In this document: positions 12,129 through 22,554 of the stretch, in pieces | Layout of the letters: each line of letters begins with the position of its first letter | Numbering within the stretch: position 1 is the stretch's first letter | Source: Rhynchopus sp. YZ270_cl-10 | Taxonomy: Eukaryota | DNA: 64,000 nt | Assembly: GCA_964035575.1 (NCBI GenBank) | Contig: OZ037843.1 | Location: 1,674,001 to 1,738,000, forward strand | Direction: 5' to 3' | The notes under the pieces: model-generated | The model's database searches: none | Told to the model about the DNA's origin: nothing | Seen by the model: the letters and a program-made list of their open reading frames with translations, nothing else | Translations under genes and position numbers: made by a program

Positions 12129-12361
12129 ATATACGTGTGTCGCTTGCGATCATCAGCGATGAGGCGTTTTGCACTTTCAACTTCTCTTTTGTTTTGGTAA
12201 AAGCGAAAAAGAAGTCAAAGTACAACGCAGTCATCCTCAAAAATAGAGTAAAAATTCAACACCGTGCTTCCCTCCTTTTTGTCTGTATTTTGGGTGATCT
12301 AAAAAACCAGGCACTCCGCTAGGTACTAAAGTTCTGTTGATTGTCAACAGAACTTTTTGAA

Positions 12362-13214
12362 CAGGCCTTTTGCTAACTTTGGGATTTTCCCCCTGAATGG
12401 CATGATGGTCAAAAAAAAATAATTTCCTGGAAAAAAAGTACATTCCGAGCTTTCCCACCTGGTAAAAGCGGTCGTCGCGCGCTTCGCGCGCGCCTCCCTG
12501 CCAGCCACAGGGTGGAGAGGCGAAGGGTCAGCTTTGCAAGCTAACAAAAACGGAATCTAATCCTTTATTAACGGTGCTTGGTCTTGCGCCTTACGTACAC
12601 TAACCGTACAAAATCAATACGTCTTCCAGAAGCAGGGGCTGTTGCAACAGTTGGGTCACTTTGAAATAACAATGTTCAATTTTTTGCAGCTTGGGTCAAG
12701 TTTCATTTCTGGCTGCAAAATGCAAGGGAATCCCCTTAGACATTGTAAAATGGCATCGTAGGCAGGATAGCGTACAGCGCGAGCGAAGCGAGCGGGAATT
12801 TTTTTTGAGGTATACCTCCGCAAGCGCAGCGAGCAGAAAAATTTCAAGGTGCCATCATGCCATCATGCCATCATGCCATCATGCCATCATGCCATCATGC
12901 CATCATGCCATCATGCCATCATGCCATCATGCCATCATGCCATCATGCCATCATGCCATCATGCCATCATGCCATCATGCCATCATGCCATCATGCCATC
13001 ATGCCATCATGCCATCATGCCATCATGCCATCATGCCATCATGCCATCATGCCATCATGCCATCATGCCATCATGCCATCATGCCATCTGGGGGGAAATC
13101 CCCAGGTGATGCAGAGCGAAAGCCCCCCCGTGGCATGATGGTGGCATGATGGAAAAAAAAATAAAAAACGCCCAAAAACGTGGCATGATGGCATGATGGT
13201 TAGCAAAAGGCCTG
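12362..13214. mobile_element. hAT-like non-autonomous element carrying a (GCCATCAT)n array
   Basis: 16-bp perfect TIRs CAGGCCTTTTGCTAAC / GTTAGCAAAAGGCCTG. 8-bp TSD TTTTTGAA (12354-12361, 13215-13222). Confidence 0.9.
12851..13088. repeat. (GCCATCAT)n microsatellite, ~30 copies
   Basis: Perfect 8-bp tandem repeat. Confidence 0.98.
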
Positions 13215-14546
13215 TTTTTGAAAATGGGGGGGGAAAAAAAAAAAAAAAAAGTTCTGCTGAGTGGTTCAGACCCGTTCTACCTGTCAAAAAAGCTCAGGAG
13301 AAGAAGATATGGAGAGGTGAGTGCTCAAACGTCCCAAAAAAGTCAAAATCGGGCGTTGGTAAAAAAAAAAGTTGCGTACCGTGCGCCTGCGGCGCAAGCA
13401 TGTACCCCACCAACGTAGACCATCAACAGAATATTTTCAAAATCGGAAATCCTAGCGGAGAGCCTGTAAAAAACCCAAAAAAAAAAAAAAATGTAGAAAA
13501 ATGAAAATTGAAATATCTGCAGGTTTTCTCAACGTCAACCTGCCCCCCCTCGCTCGACCAACTTATATTATGAACGATGTGAACGTGTTCCCCTAGCACG
13601 CACATTCACTTCTTCATCTTCATCTCTTGGATTTACTCCTTGTTTTGCGTTCTCTAGATTTGTGTGCACGTGAGGCACATTCATGTTCATCTCAAACCTT
13701 TCTTTTTCTATATTTCTTTTGTCACGCTTACCTATACTGTAGGCGGGTTTAGTGAATCACGTTAGTGCATCACGCATGTGTCCCTGCCTATTACCACGTT
13801 TGCTTGCTTTTCTACGTAGTGGGAACTCTTCTTGTTTCGAGGGAAGTCACTCTTTTTGTTTGTTTTTTTTCTTTTGTGTTTTGCCACGTCATCGTTTTCC
13901 TCTTCCTTCTCACCATAACCTAATTGGCGGTTTCTCTTTGAAAGGATGTACGTGTCCACATGAGGGACGTTTGTCTTCATTTTATTGTATTTCCACCTTT
14001 AATGGACGCACCAGGACTGCATGGTTGGGGTCCACCCACGTGCACTAAGGTGCTGTTTATGAGAGGGATTTTGTATTTCAAGTCAACTTTTTATTTCAGT
14101 GTTAACTTCGCGCCATAATCCCAACCGTTTTTGATTCTCGTTCATACCCATTTTTGAAAAATGGGTGTGACAACGAGAATGGGAATCAGAGGAGTTGGTA
14201 AGCTGGTAACCTCTTTTTATTTATAGCTTTTTCTGAAGAAGGGGATTTTTGTTAACTACACTCCGAAGGTTCGAACCCGCAGAGTGTATCGTTTTTGAAC
14301 GTCCTTTTGTGCTTTCTCTTGAATGGAAAGTATATGAAATTAGGTTTTTGTATTTTTTGAACCCAACGTAGGCTCTTTGCGTCTGAGACGCTTCGCCCTT
14401 CAAAGCATTCCTCCACAACAAAACTGCTCCCTTCCCTCTGTTCTTATGAACACGTCCCTTTGGACAGCCTTTTTTTACCCTCTGGTTACCCAGGTATTCC
14501 CTTTTCGCCCCATATTGACACATCACAGCACGGTTCACAAAAAAAG

Positions 14547-15476
14547 ATGACGTCTATTGACGAAGAGAAGCACACAGTCGAGCTTGTCTTGGGTGCTGAA
14601 TCAGCGGCAGACCTGGACGAGGTTCTGGAGGCTGTGGAAGCTGTGGAAGAGCCGAATGTGGCCGCGCTGTGCATCAAGGCGTGTGTGGAGACTGTGATTC
14701 CCGATGGCTTCTTGGCAGAGACTTTGCTGGCTGTGCTTGATCTGAGTGCTTCATCGGAGGTGACGGAGGTAGGCTGTGAGTTCCTCAACAACTGCATCTC
14801 TCTGACAGCTGCCGACCTCTCGGGCATGACCAGCGTTACATCCATCGGCACGAAATTCATGGCCGACTGCAGCTCGCTTGCGCGCCTCAATGTCTCAGGG
14901 TGGACAAATGTAGCTAGCCTTGGGTCTGACTTCCTCGAGAACTGCAGCAGCTTGCCGTCGCTAGATCTGTCCGCGCTGTGCAATCTGACAAAGGTTGGCG
15001 ACGAATTTCTGTGTCGCTGCACAGCGCTGACGCAGCTCACTTTGTTCCCCCCGGGTAGAGTCACGCAGGTTGGAAGTGGCTTCCTCTCTGTTTGCGAAGG
15101 GCTCACAACCGTCGATTTGTCAGCCCTGAGTGGCGCCACGAAGCTCGGAAACGGCTTTCTCGTCGGCTGCTCGGGTTTGACAGAACTGGACTTATCTCCG
15201 CTGTCGAGAGTCACGCACATTGACCGCTGCTTTCTCTTTGGCTGCTCGGGTGTGACAGCGTTGAACCTCTCGCCTCTTTGCATGGTCATGGAGCTTGGTG
15301 ACATCTCCCTCTCCGGTTGCACCTCGTTGAGCTCCATCACCCTCAGCGGGTGCAGCCCAGCTGTATCGAGGTTTGTGCACGAAAGCCACGAGCTGAAGAA
15401 GTTCATTGGGGCAACGCCGAAACGTAGTGGAGATGAACAGACGCAACAACCCAACAAGCGACTGAGACAACACTGA
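14547..15476 (+). CDS. Leucine-rich repeat protein (~309 aa; ~24-aa LxxLDLSxLxxVTxIGxxFLxxC repeats)
   Basis: About 8 repeats such as LTELDLSPLSRVTHIDRCFLFGC. First ATG at 14547. Basic C-terminal tail. Confidence 0.9.
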   Translation: MTSIDEEKHTVELVLGAESAADLDEVLEAVEAVEEPNVAALCIKACVETVIPDGFLAETLLAVLDLSASSEVTEVGCEFLNNCISLTAADLSGMTSVTSIGTKFMADCSSLARLNVSGWTNVASLGSDFLENCSSLPSLDLSALCNLTKVGDEFLCRCTALTQLTLFPPGRVTQVGSGFLSVCEGLTTVDLSALSGATKLGNGFLVGCSGLTELDLSPLSRVTHIDRCFLFGCSGVTALNLSPLCMVMELGDISLSGCTSLSSITLSGCSPAVSRFVHESHELKKFIGATPKRSGDEQTQQPNKRLRQH

Positions 15477-16117
15477 CCAGGGTCAGTATTATTGTTATTT
15501 TTTTTTGACTACACTGAACAGCTGCTAACTACCGTATAATATGTCATTTTTGTCACCATTTTTGCCATTCCGTCACATTATATTATTGTAGGTGACAAAA
15601 TTAACGATTTTACACAACTTTTCAGCTCTTTTCTTGAACTAAACAGCTTTTCATCTTTTCAAAAAAGTAAAATCCGTGCGCGCGGAACCTATAGTCAGGC
15701 CAGGGTGCCCCCTTTTATCATTTTTCCAAAAAGGGGCGGATTCCAAGAAATGCTTGTACATGACTCCAACTTTCTTTTTCTATTGTTGGGGTTGGAACAG
15801 AGCCACGTTCAGATAGACAGGGTGAGGTGTGCTCCGTGCACCATCCAAAAATTGTTTAAATATGTTACTGACAGTGCCGCAACAAATCGGCAGAGACCGA
15901 AAGCTCGGTCGCGCACCATTCACCACCAACCTCTCCCCTCGGCGCAAGATGTGTGTGCACGAGAGGCACATTCATCTTACGAGTGTTGTCATTTGTTGTC
16001 TTTATTGTTTTTATTGTTTTAATAGCCGTAAAATTATTTCCTCAAGCCAAAATCCTTCTAGGAGCGGAGTTTTAAGAATGCCATAATTGACGTCTGGAAA
16101 TAATTGCAGTGGAGGTA

Positions 16118-16212
16118 TTTTAGCCGGGTTTCCCACACAAAAAATAATTACCGTGTAATTATAGGAAATAATTACACGGTAATTATTTTTTGTGTGGGAA
16201 ACCCGGCTAAAA
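16118..16212. repeat. Perfect 45-bp inverted repeat with 5-nt spacer
   Basis: TTTTAGCCGGGTTTCCCACACAAAAAATAATTACCGTGTAATTAT-aggaa-exact reverse complement. Confidence 0.95.
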
Positions 16213-16241
16213 AAAAAATCGCGATTTTTTTTCTTTTTTTC

Positions 16242-16696
16242 TTTTGTGAACACCCCGGGTTTGATACCTGTACCGCAGGCATTCCTCTGAGTCTAACGAT
16301 TGATAATCAGAGCTCGGTTTGTTGTCAAAGACATCTTCCACCATGCATTGAGGAGGGTAAGACAGTGGTCGCAGTTTGTACTTGATAGCATTACAACATT
16401 TAACTTCTCCACGGGGGTCTTGGGCCGTTCACTCGGTTATACCTTGACCAGCGGAAGAGGCCTTTTTGGTCTCTAGAATATCCGGTATTCCCGAACGGAG
16501 GCACACTTTGTGTGTTACTACGACCTGGCAACTTCCAGCAGTAGGTTAAGTAATGCTTTCTTGTAAATTGTTGGATCATTTATCTCCTCAGTGCATGAAT
16601 GCCCCACGTGACTGGACACTTTTGTGTTTGTCAAGTGGACTGTCTGGTCACTTCTCAGTGACTGGCGGGTTGGCTGTGGTTGCCCTGTCACGACTT
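16242..16696 (-). mobile_element. Inverted internal fragment of the Mutator-like element
   Basis: Reverse complement matches ~51523-51972 and, in part, ~19140-19460. Confidence 0.85.
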
Positions 16697-16757
16697 ACCT
16701 GTGTACCTGTGTACCTGTGTACCTGTGTACCTGTGTACCTGTGTACCTGTGTACCTG
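16696..16757. repeat. (TGTACCTG)n microsatellite, ~8 copies
   Basis: Tandem 8-mer followed by degenerate GTACCTGG/GTGACCTG words. Confidence 0.95.
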
Positions 16758-16896
16758 GGTGACTGGGTACGTACCTGGGTAAATGTGACCAGGTGACCTG
16801 GTCAGACCTCTGACCAGCGCACCGTGACAGCACAGGCTGCCGAAAACGGATTTTGGCTTTCGGAAATAATTTTACGGCAATTAAATATCAAATTCC

Positions 16897-17033
16897 ATGC
16901 AATTATTTCACAGAAAATTGCACTCGGAGGTGTATTTTTCACTCGTTTTGTTAATTGCACTCGCTGCGCTCGTGCAATTAACCACTCGTGAAAAAAACAC
17001 CTCCTCGTAGCAATTATGGTGAAATAATTGCAT
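16897..17033. mobile_element. Short foldback (palindromic) MITE-like element
   Basis: ATGCAATTATTTCAC...GTGAAATAATTGCAT ends, imperfect pairing along its length, centre TTAATTGCACTCGCTGCGCTCGTGCAATTAA. Right end recurs at ~53680-53713. Confidence 0.7.
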
Positions 17034-17199
17034 AGTAATTAAATACTATTATTGCTTTGGGGGTGTGTGGGGAAACACAAAAAGGAAAATTTGAGTGTGG
17101 GTGTTCAATTTTGGAGCCTCAGTGCGTCCTACAGGAGGTGTTTTGTATTGATACACTTCACCCTTTTTATTTTTTGAGTTATGCATTCTTGACGTTTTG

Positions 17200-17945
17200 T
17201 AGGTTTCACAGCAACTACCGATTTTGCAAATATTGAAGACTGTACACATAGACTATTAGTGTTATATCATCTGATATAACGCTGGTGTACGGAAGACATC
17301 TTTGAATACCCGCTGTGCTTGGAAACCTGTTCAGCTCCCTCCGGATCACAAAGCGAGTCTTTCTCATGTTTAAAATTAAAATTTAAAACACAGGCAAAGA
17401 TGCAAAGCTTAGATCCCGACCATTTCCACTGGCCCCGGATGACGTAGTCGTCTCTTTTTGAACCGATGTCTGCGTCCCAGAAGTGTTTTGGCGATCCATC
17501 CACTTCACCCATTTTTATTATATTTTTTCGGTGACATGACACTTGTGACATATGTGTGATCTGGGGTGAGGAAGCGTTCCAACTTTTCAACCTCTTCCCC
17601 AATTTACCTTTCGCGCTTTTTTACCCTCCCCCGTTTTAGAATCAACAGAGAGTGTACGTTAAGATTTTTGGGGTATGCATTTCATGAGCGTTTTGTGGGT
17701 TTCACAGCTACTTTCACAACTACCGATTTTGCAAATATTGGGGACCATACACAGGGTGTTATATCATCTGATATAATGCCGGGTGTACGGAAGACATGTT
17801 TGAATACCCGCTGTGCTTGGAAACCTGTTCAGCTCCCTCCGGATCACAAAGCGAGTCTTTCTCATGTTTAAACACAGGCAAAGATGCAAAGCTTAGATCC
17901 CGATGTCCGCGTCCCAGAGGTGTTTTGTATTGATACACTTCACCT
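17200..17945 (+). repeat. Two tandem copies of a ~230-bp dispersed repeat (third copy ~21700-21918)
   Basis: Shared CAACTACCGATTTTGCAAATATTG...GTGTACGGAAGACAT...GGAAACCTGTTCAGCTCCCTCC...GCAAAGCTTAGATC. Confidence 0.85.
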
Positions 17946-18442
17946 TTTTGTTACATGACAATGGACCTAATGCTAATTTTTATCAAAAAGCTTTCCCTCC
18001 CTCCGCTCCCTGCTTTCTTCTTCAAAAAATTGTTGCCGCATTGGCTAACCTGCTTGATTAGCTTGCTCTGTTACATGAATACGGATGAGTGTATACTGGG
18101 TAACCCTGCTTGAGCAGAGTTCTTGATGATCGCGGGTGATTCCAGGGTTAGAGTTCTTGTGGTTTCTCGCATGGGTATCTCTTCTTAAGTACACTAACCG
18201 TACAAACGTCTTCCAGAAGCAGGGGCTGTTGCAACGGTTGGGTCACTTTGAAATAACAATGGTCAAATTTTTGCAGCTTGGGTCAAGTTTCATTTCTGGC
18301 TGCAAAATGCAAGGGAATCCCCTTAGACATTGTAAAATGGCACCGTAGACAGGAAGAAAATAGCGTACAGCGTGAGCGAAGCGAGCGGAAATTTTTTTGA
18401 GGTATACCTCCGCGAGCGCAGCGAGCAGAAAAATTTTAAGGT

Positions 18443-18640
18443 GCCATCATGCCATCATGCCATCATGCCATCATGCCATCATGCCATCATGCCATCATGC
18501 CATCATGCCATCATGCCATCATGCCATCATGCCATCATGCCATCATGCCATCATGCCATCATGCCATCATGCCATCATGCCATCATGCCATCATGCCATC
18601 ATGCCATCATGCCATCATGCCATCATGCCATCATGCCATC
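18443..18640. repeat. (GCCATCAT)n microsatellite, ~25 copies
   Basis: Perfect 8-bp tandem repeat. Confidence 0.98.
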
Positions 18641-18726
18641 TGGGGGAGAAATCCCCAGGTGATGCAGAGCGAAAGCCCTGCCCCACCACCCCCCGTGGCA
18701 TGATGGTGGCATGATGGAAAAATTAA

Positions 18727-20961
18727 GAGAAAAGTTCGATTTCGGCCTCGAAAATTACCGTGACACCGATTTGTCACGGAATTTTGTCACGGAATTTTTT
18801 TGAAAGATTCGATTTCGTGACAAAAAAAAATCGATTTCGTGACAAACCAATTTTTTCATTGACACACAAAATTCGATTTCGTGACAAACCGATTTTTTCA
18901 TTGACAAAAAAAAATTCGATTTCGTGACAAATCCAAAAATTCAGTGACAAAAAAATGTCAATGAAAAAATGGATTTTGTCAAGGAAACCGAACTTTTTGT
19001 CACGGAAAAAGTCGTGACAGAAATGGATTTTGTCAAGGAAACCAAACTTTTTGTCACGGAAAAAGTCGTGACAGGGCACTGGGTACTGGGTACACTGGAT
19101 ACAAGGATAAAAGTCGTGAAAGAGCAACCACAGCTCCACATGACAAACACAAAAGTGTCCAGTCACGTGGGGCATTCATGCACTGAGGAGATAATGATCC
19201 AACAATTTACAAGAAAGATTACTTAACCTACTGCTGGAAATTGCCAGGTCGTAGTAACACACAAAGTGTGCCTCCGTTCGGGAAGACCGGATATTCTAGT
19301 GACCAAAAAGGCCTCAAGAATATCTTCCGGTAGTCAAGGTATAACCGAATGAACGGCCCAAGACCCCCGTGGAGAAGTTAAATGTGTAATGCTATCAGGT
19401 AGAAACTGCGAACACTGTCTTACCCTCCTCAATGCATGGTGGAAGATGTCTTTGACAACAAATATCCTGTACCCAGGTACCAGGTTCCCAGACCCACGTA
19501 GTACCACGTCGCAGTACTACGCAAAATTTACCACCAGACCCTGTCTTCGTGCACCTTAAGTACAACGCCGCAGACAGGCCAAACATGCGTTGGACTCAGA
19601 GGAATGCCTGCTGTGCAGTGTATCAAACATGAGAACCAACTCCCAGCAACAAGGGGCGCCTTTTGGCGGGCGTTGTTGAGGGTGTTTGGGGTGCAAAGTT
19701 TTCCACAATTTTGATGCGCGGGTACAGAAGTGTTATCTTGTTCTTTCATCTCTAGGAATGTAAATGTCAATCGCGTTTAACTACCACTAGGGCTTGTTCA
19801 GTGAACCCACGAGGGGTCGAAGGGGGTTGGTTATCCCATATCTATCAAAGGTTGTGTCGACCAGGCGAATCCACTATGTTACGCTGTATGATGATAAATC
19901 CGAAGAAATAACAGTGCATAGCAACTGCAGGAAGTTTGTTAAAAAGAGTGCCTCACGCTACACAAACCACCACCCGCGATTGACTTAGATGTTATAACAA
20001 AGAGAATTCAGAACAAAACAACACCCTGCCCCATACACACTAAATTGTCATGCTTCAAGAGCATGCCTGGGCCAAAATTACTATGACGAAAAGGCAACAA
20101 GACCACCCACAAGGAGTGTGAATTGTGCACTGGTTTTCTGGGGGAACAAACAATATTTTCTTGTGTCTAGTCCTCCGGAAGCAGAGGACAGACTTTCCGG
20201 AAGGTTTCCAAAGTCGAATTTCTTGCACTAGCTATGCTCCCTGGTTAATGGCTATAGCAGTGACTGACAAAGTGTTCCCACCCCCCTTTCCACCACCATA
20301 ATAACCGAACTCTGCTTATCAAACCACAATCTGAATCTGCTTCCGTCGCATGCGCTGGTGGATTCGATCTGTTTTGGTGTGTGTAATGGAATGTATGGGT
20401 GAGGGTTGGGGTATTAGGTATAGAAACGTGCGCACCCATTAATTTTTTACCGAATGAAAATGAAATCTGCAATGAGTGTCTGCTGCATATCATTTAGTGG
20501 GGCTGGCCTCTGGCCAGAGGCGTGCAAGCCTGACCGTGTTCGCGATATACTAAGTCTTGCATAATCATAAAGTTATCATACCTTGTGTCTTCAGTCTCTG
20601 CCCTTCGGTTTCTAGACAGCTCAAGAATGGCCTCTTTTGTGTTTGTCAAGTGGCTGTCTGGTCACTTTTCAGTGACTGGCGGGTTGGCTGTCACGACTTT
20701 TTCCTTGACAAATTCCATTTTTTTCAATGACATTTTTTTGTCAATGAAAAAATGGATTTGTCACGAAATCGAATTTTTTTTTGTCAATGAAAAAAGTCAT
20801 TTGTCACTAAATTGAATTTTGTGTGTCAATGAAAAAATCGGCTTGTCACGAAATCGATTTTTTTTTGTCACGAAATCGAATCTTTCAAAAAAATTCCGTG
20901 ACAAAGTACCGTGACAAATCGGTGTCACGGGTATTTTCGAGGCCGAAATCGAACTTTTCTC
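18727..20961. mobile_element. Mutator-like (MULE) non-autonomous element
   Basis: Long (~250-bp) TIRs beginning GAGAAAAGTTCGATTTCGGCCTCGAAAA, built of GTGACA/TGTCAC motifs. 9-bp TSD AAAAATTAA (18718-18726, 20962-20970). Confidence 0.9.
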
Positions 20962-22554
20962 AAAAATTAATAAAACCTACATTCTCGAGCTTTTCTACTG
21001 ACGTGATTTTCATCGGACGCATCCCCTTCTCCAATTCAATTCAATAAAACTGTAGCTTTCTCCTCAGAATTCGTGAAACAACCCGCGCCAAGGCTGCTGA
21101 ATCGGATAACAAAGAGTGAGGGCGAAGCACCACACGTATGAGCCCAAATGCTGCGCTTGTATGTTGTATGCAAGTCGTATCCTAAACAGTAAAAACAAAG
21201 GTATATAGGTTAGTTGCCAACAGTACGTCCCTCGACGGTACTGTGCGTAAAACCCGCAAACCCGACCCAACGTGCATAACCAGTAACAAACAGAGGGACG
21301 CATCTGCGTGCTTACTTTCTTACTTTCTTTTTTTTTTTTTTTTTTTTTTTTGAAAAACGAGAAACGCTAATTGTATTTTTGGTCCCCCTCTGTGAGTATT
21401 GATTGAATTGGAGTCGGGGAGCACAAGCAAAGGGCAATGAAAGGAAACAATGAACATTAAACAAGCTAGAAAAGAGACAGTATATATTTCCGAACACACA
21501 CACACACATTATTCAAATCATTCAATCCGAAAGAGCCCAATCATTTCGGTTTGTATTATTTCCTTACAAACCGTACGCGTACCGCTTCGTATGTTTGTAT
21601 ACAAAAAAAAAAAAAACGCCCAAAAACGTGGCATGATGGCATGATGGTTAGCAAAAGGCCTGGTGTGAAGTTTTGAAGGAAGGAAAAATAAAATTCATTT
21701 TTTGAGTTATGAGCGTTTTGTGGGTTTCACAGCAACTACCAATTTTGCAAATATTGGGGACCATACACAGGGTGTTATATCATCTGATAAATGCCAGGTG
21801 TACGGAAGACATCTTTGAATACCCGTTGTGCTTGGAAACCTGTTTAGCTCCCTCCTGATCACAAAACGAGTCTTTTCCGCGGTTTTTTTAAACACAGGCA
21901 AATATGCAAAGCTTAGATCTTCATGAATGTAGGATCGTTTTACGAAATCATTGTACTAAAATTTTATTTTGTTTTGTTGTGTACCTGGGGTTGTGTGTGA
22001 CTGAGTGTGGGGATGCGTTCAAGAATTAAACTCTTCCCCCCCAAACCCCCTTTCATCTCTAGTTTTCTTATCCAAACGTCGAGTGGAGTGATAATTTTGT
22101 TCCCACAACCTTGTTTCGGGTCACAACCCTAAGGTACTGTAAGGTATAGTGTTGAAATCGGTGTAGGCCGACAATGAGTCCCAGTGACCGGGATCATATT
22201 TTACAAAACAAAATAAAGTGGTCAAATTGTTACACTCACTGCCTGCAGAGCAAATCATTGCATTGCGATCACAGAACTCATAGTGCCCCTCGCCCGCACC
22301 ATTTCTGCGACTCACTCCTTGTCTTCACCATACAGGCAGTTGTTTAAACTGGACCTTGGTGAGTACGAAGCACGCATGTAATCATTCGGAAAGCACTGAA
22401 GCATGTTTAATGCACATTTGTTGTTTGTCATGACGCTGTCGAACCCACTTCATTGCTTGCTCCGCGCACCCCCCCGCCCCCCTTCCTTCTCCACATATTT
22501 CCACTAACCAGACTGATCTTTTTCAACCCTACCCCCTAGAGTGCCTATTTCAAT

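Larger units (their letters stand above)
18190..21662. mobile_element. Second, 5'-truncated copy of the hAT/(GCCATCAT)n element, split by nested insertions
   Basis: 18190-18720 matches 12597-13155. The continuation and right TIR (GTTAGCAAAAGGCCTG) resume at ~21605-21662. Confidence 0.85.

Noticed and set aside
14257..14288. GGTTCGAACCC resembling a tRNA T-loop/B-box
   Set aside because: No cloverleaf, D-arm or acceptor stem; only a local hairpin.
14486..15457. Long antisense ORFs over real genes (also 6753-7526, 28702-29490, 45251-46012, 49335-50096)
   Set aside because: Shadow ORFs expected from GC3-rich codon usage; no recognisable motifs.
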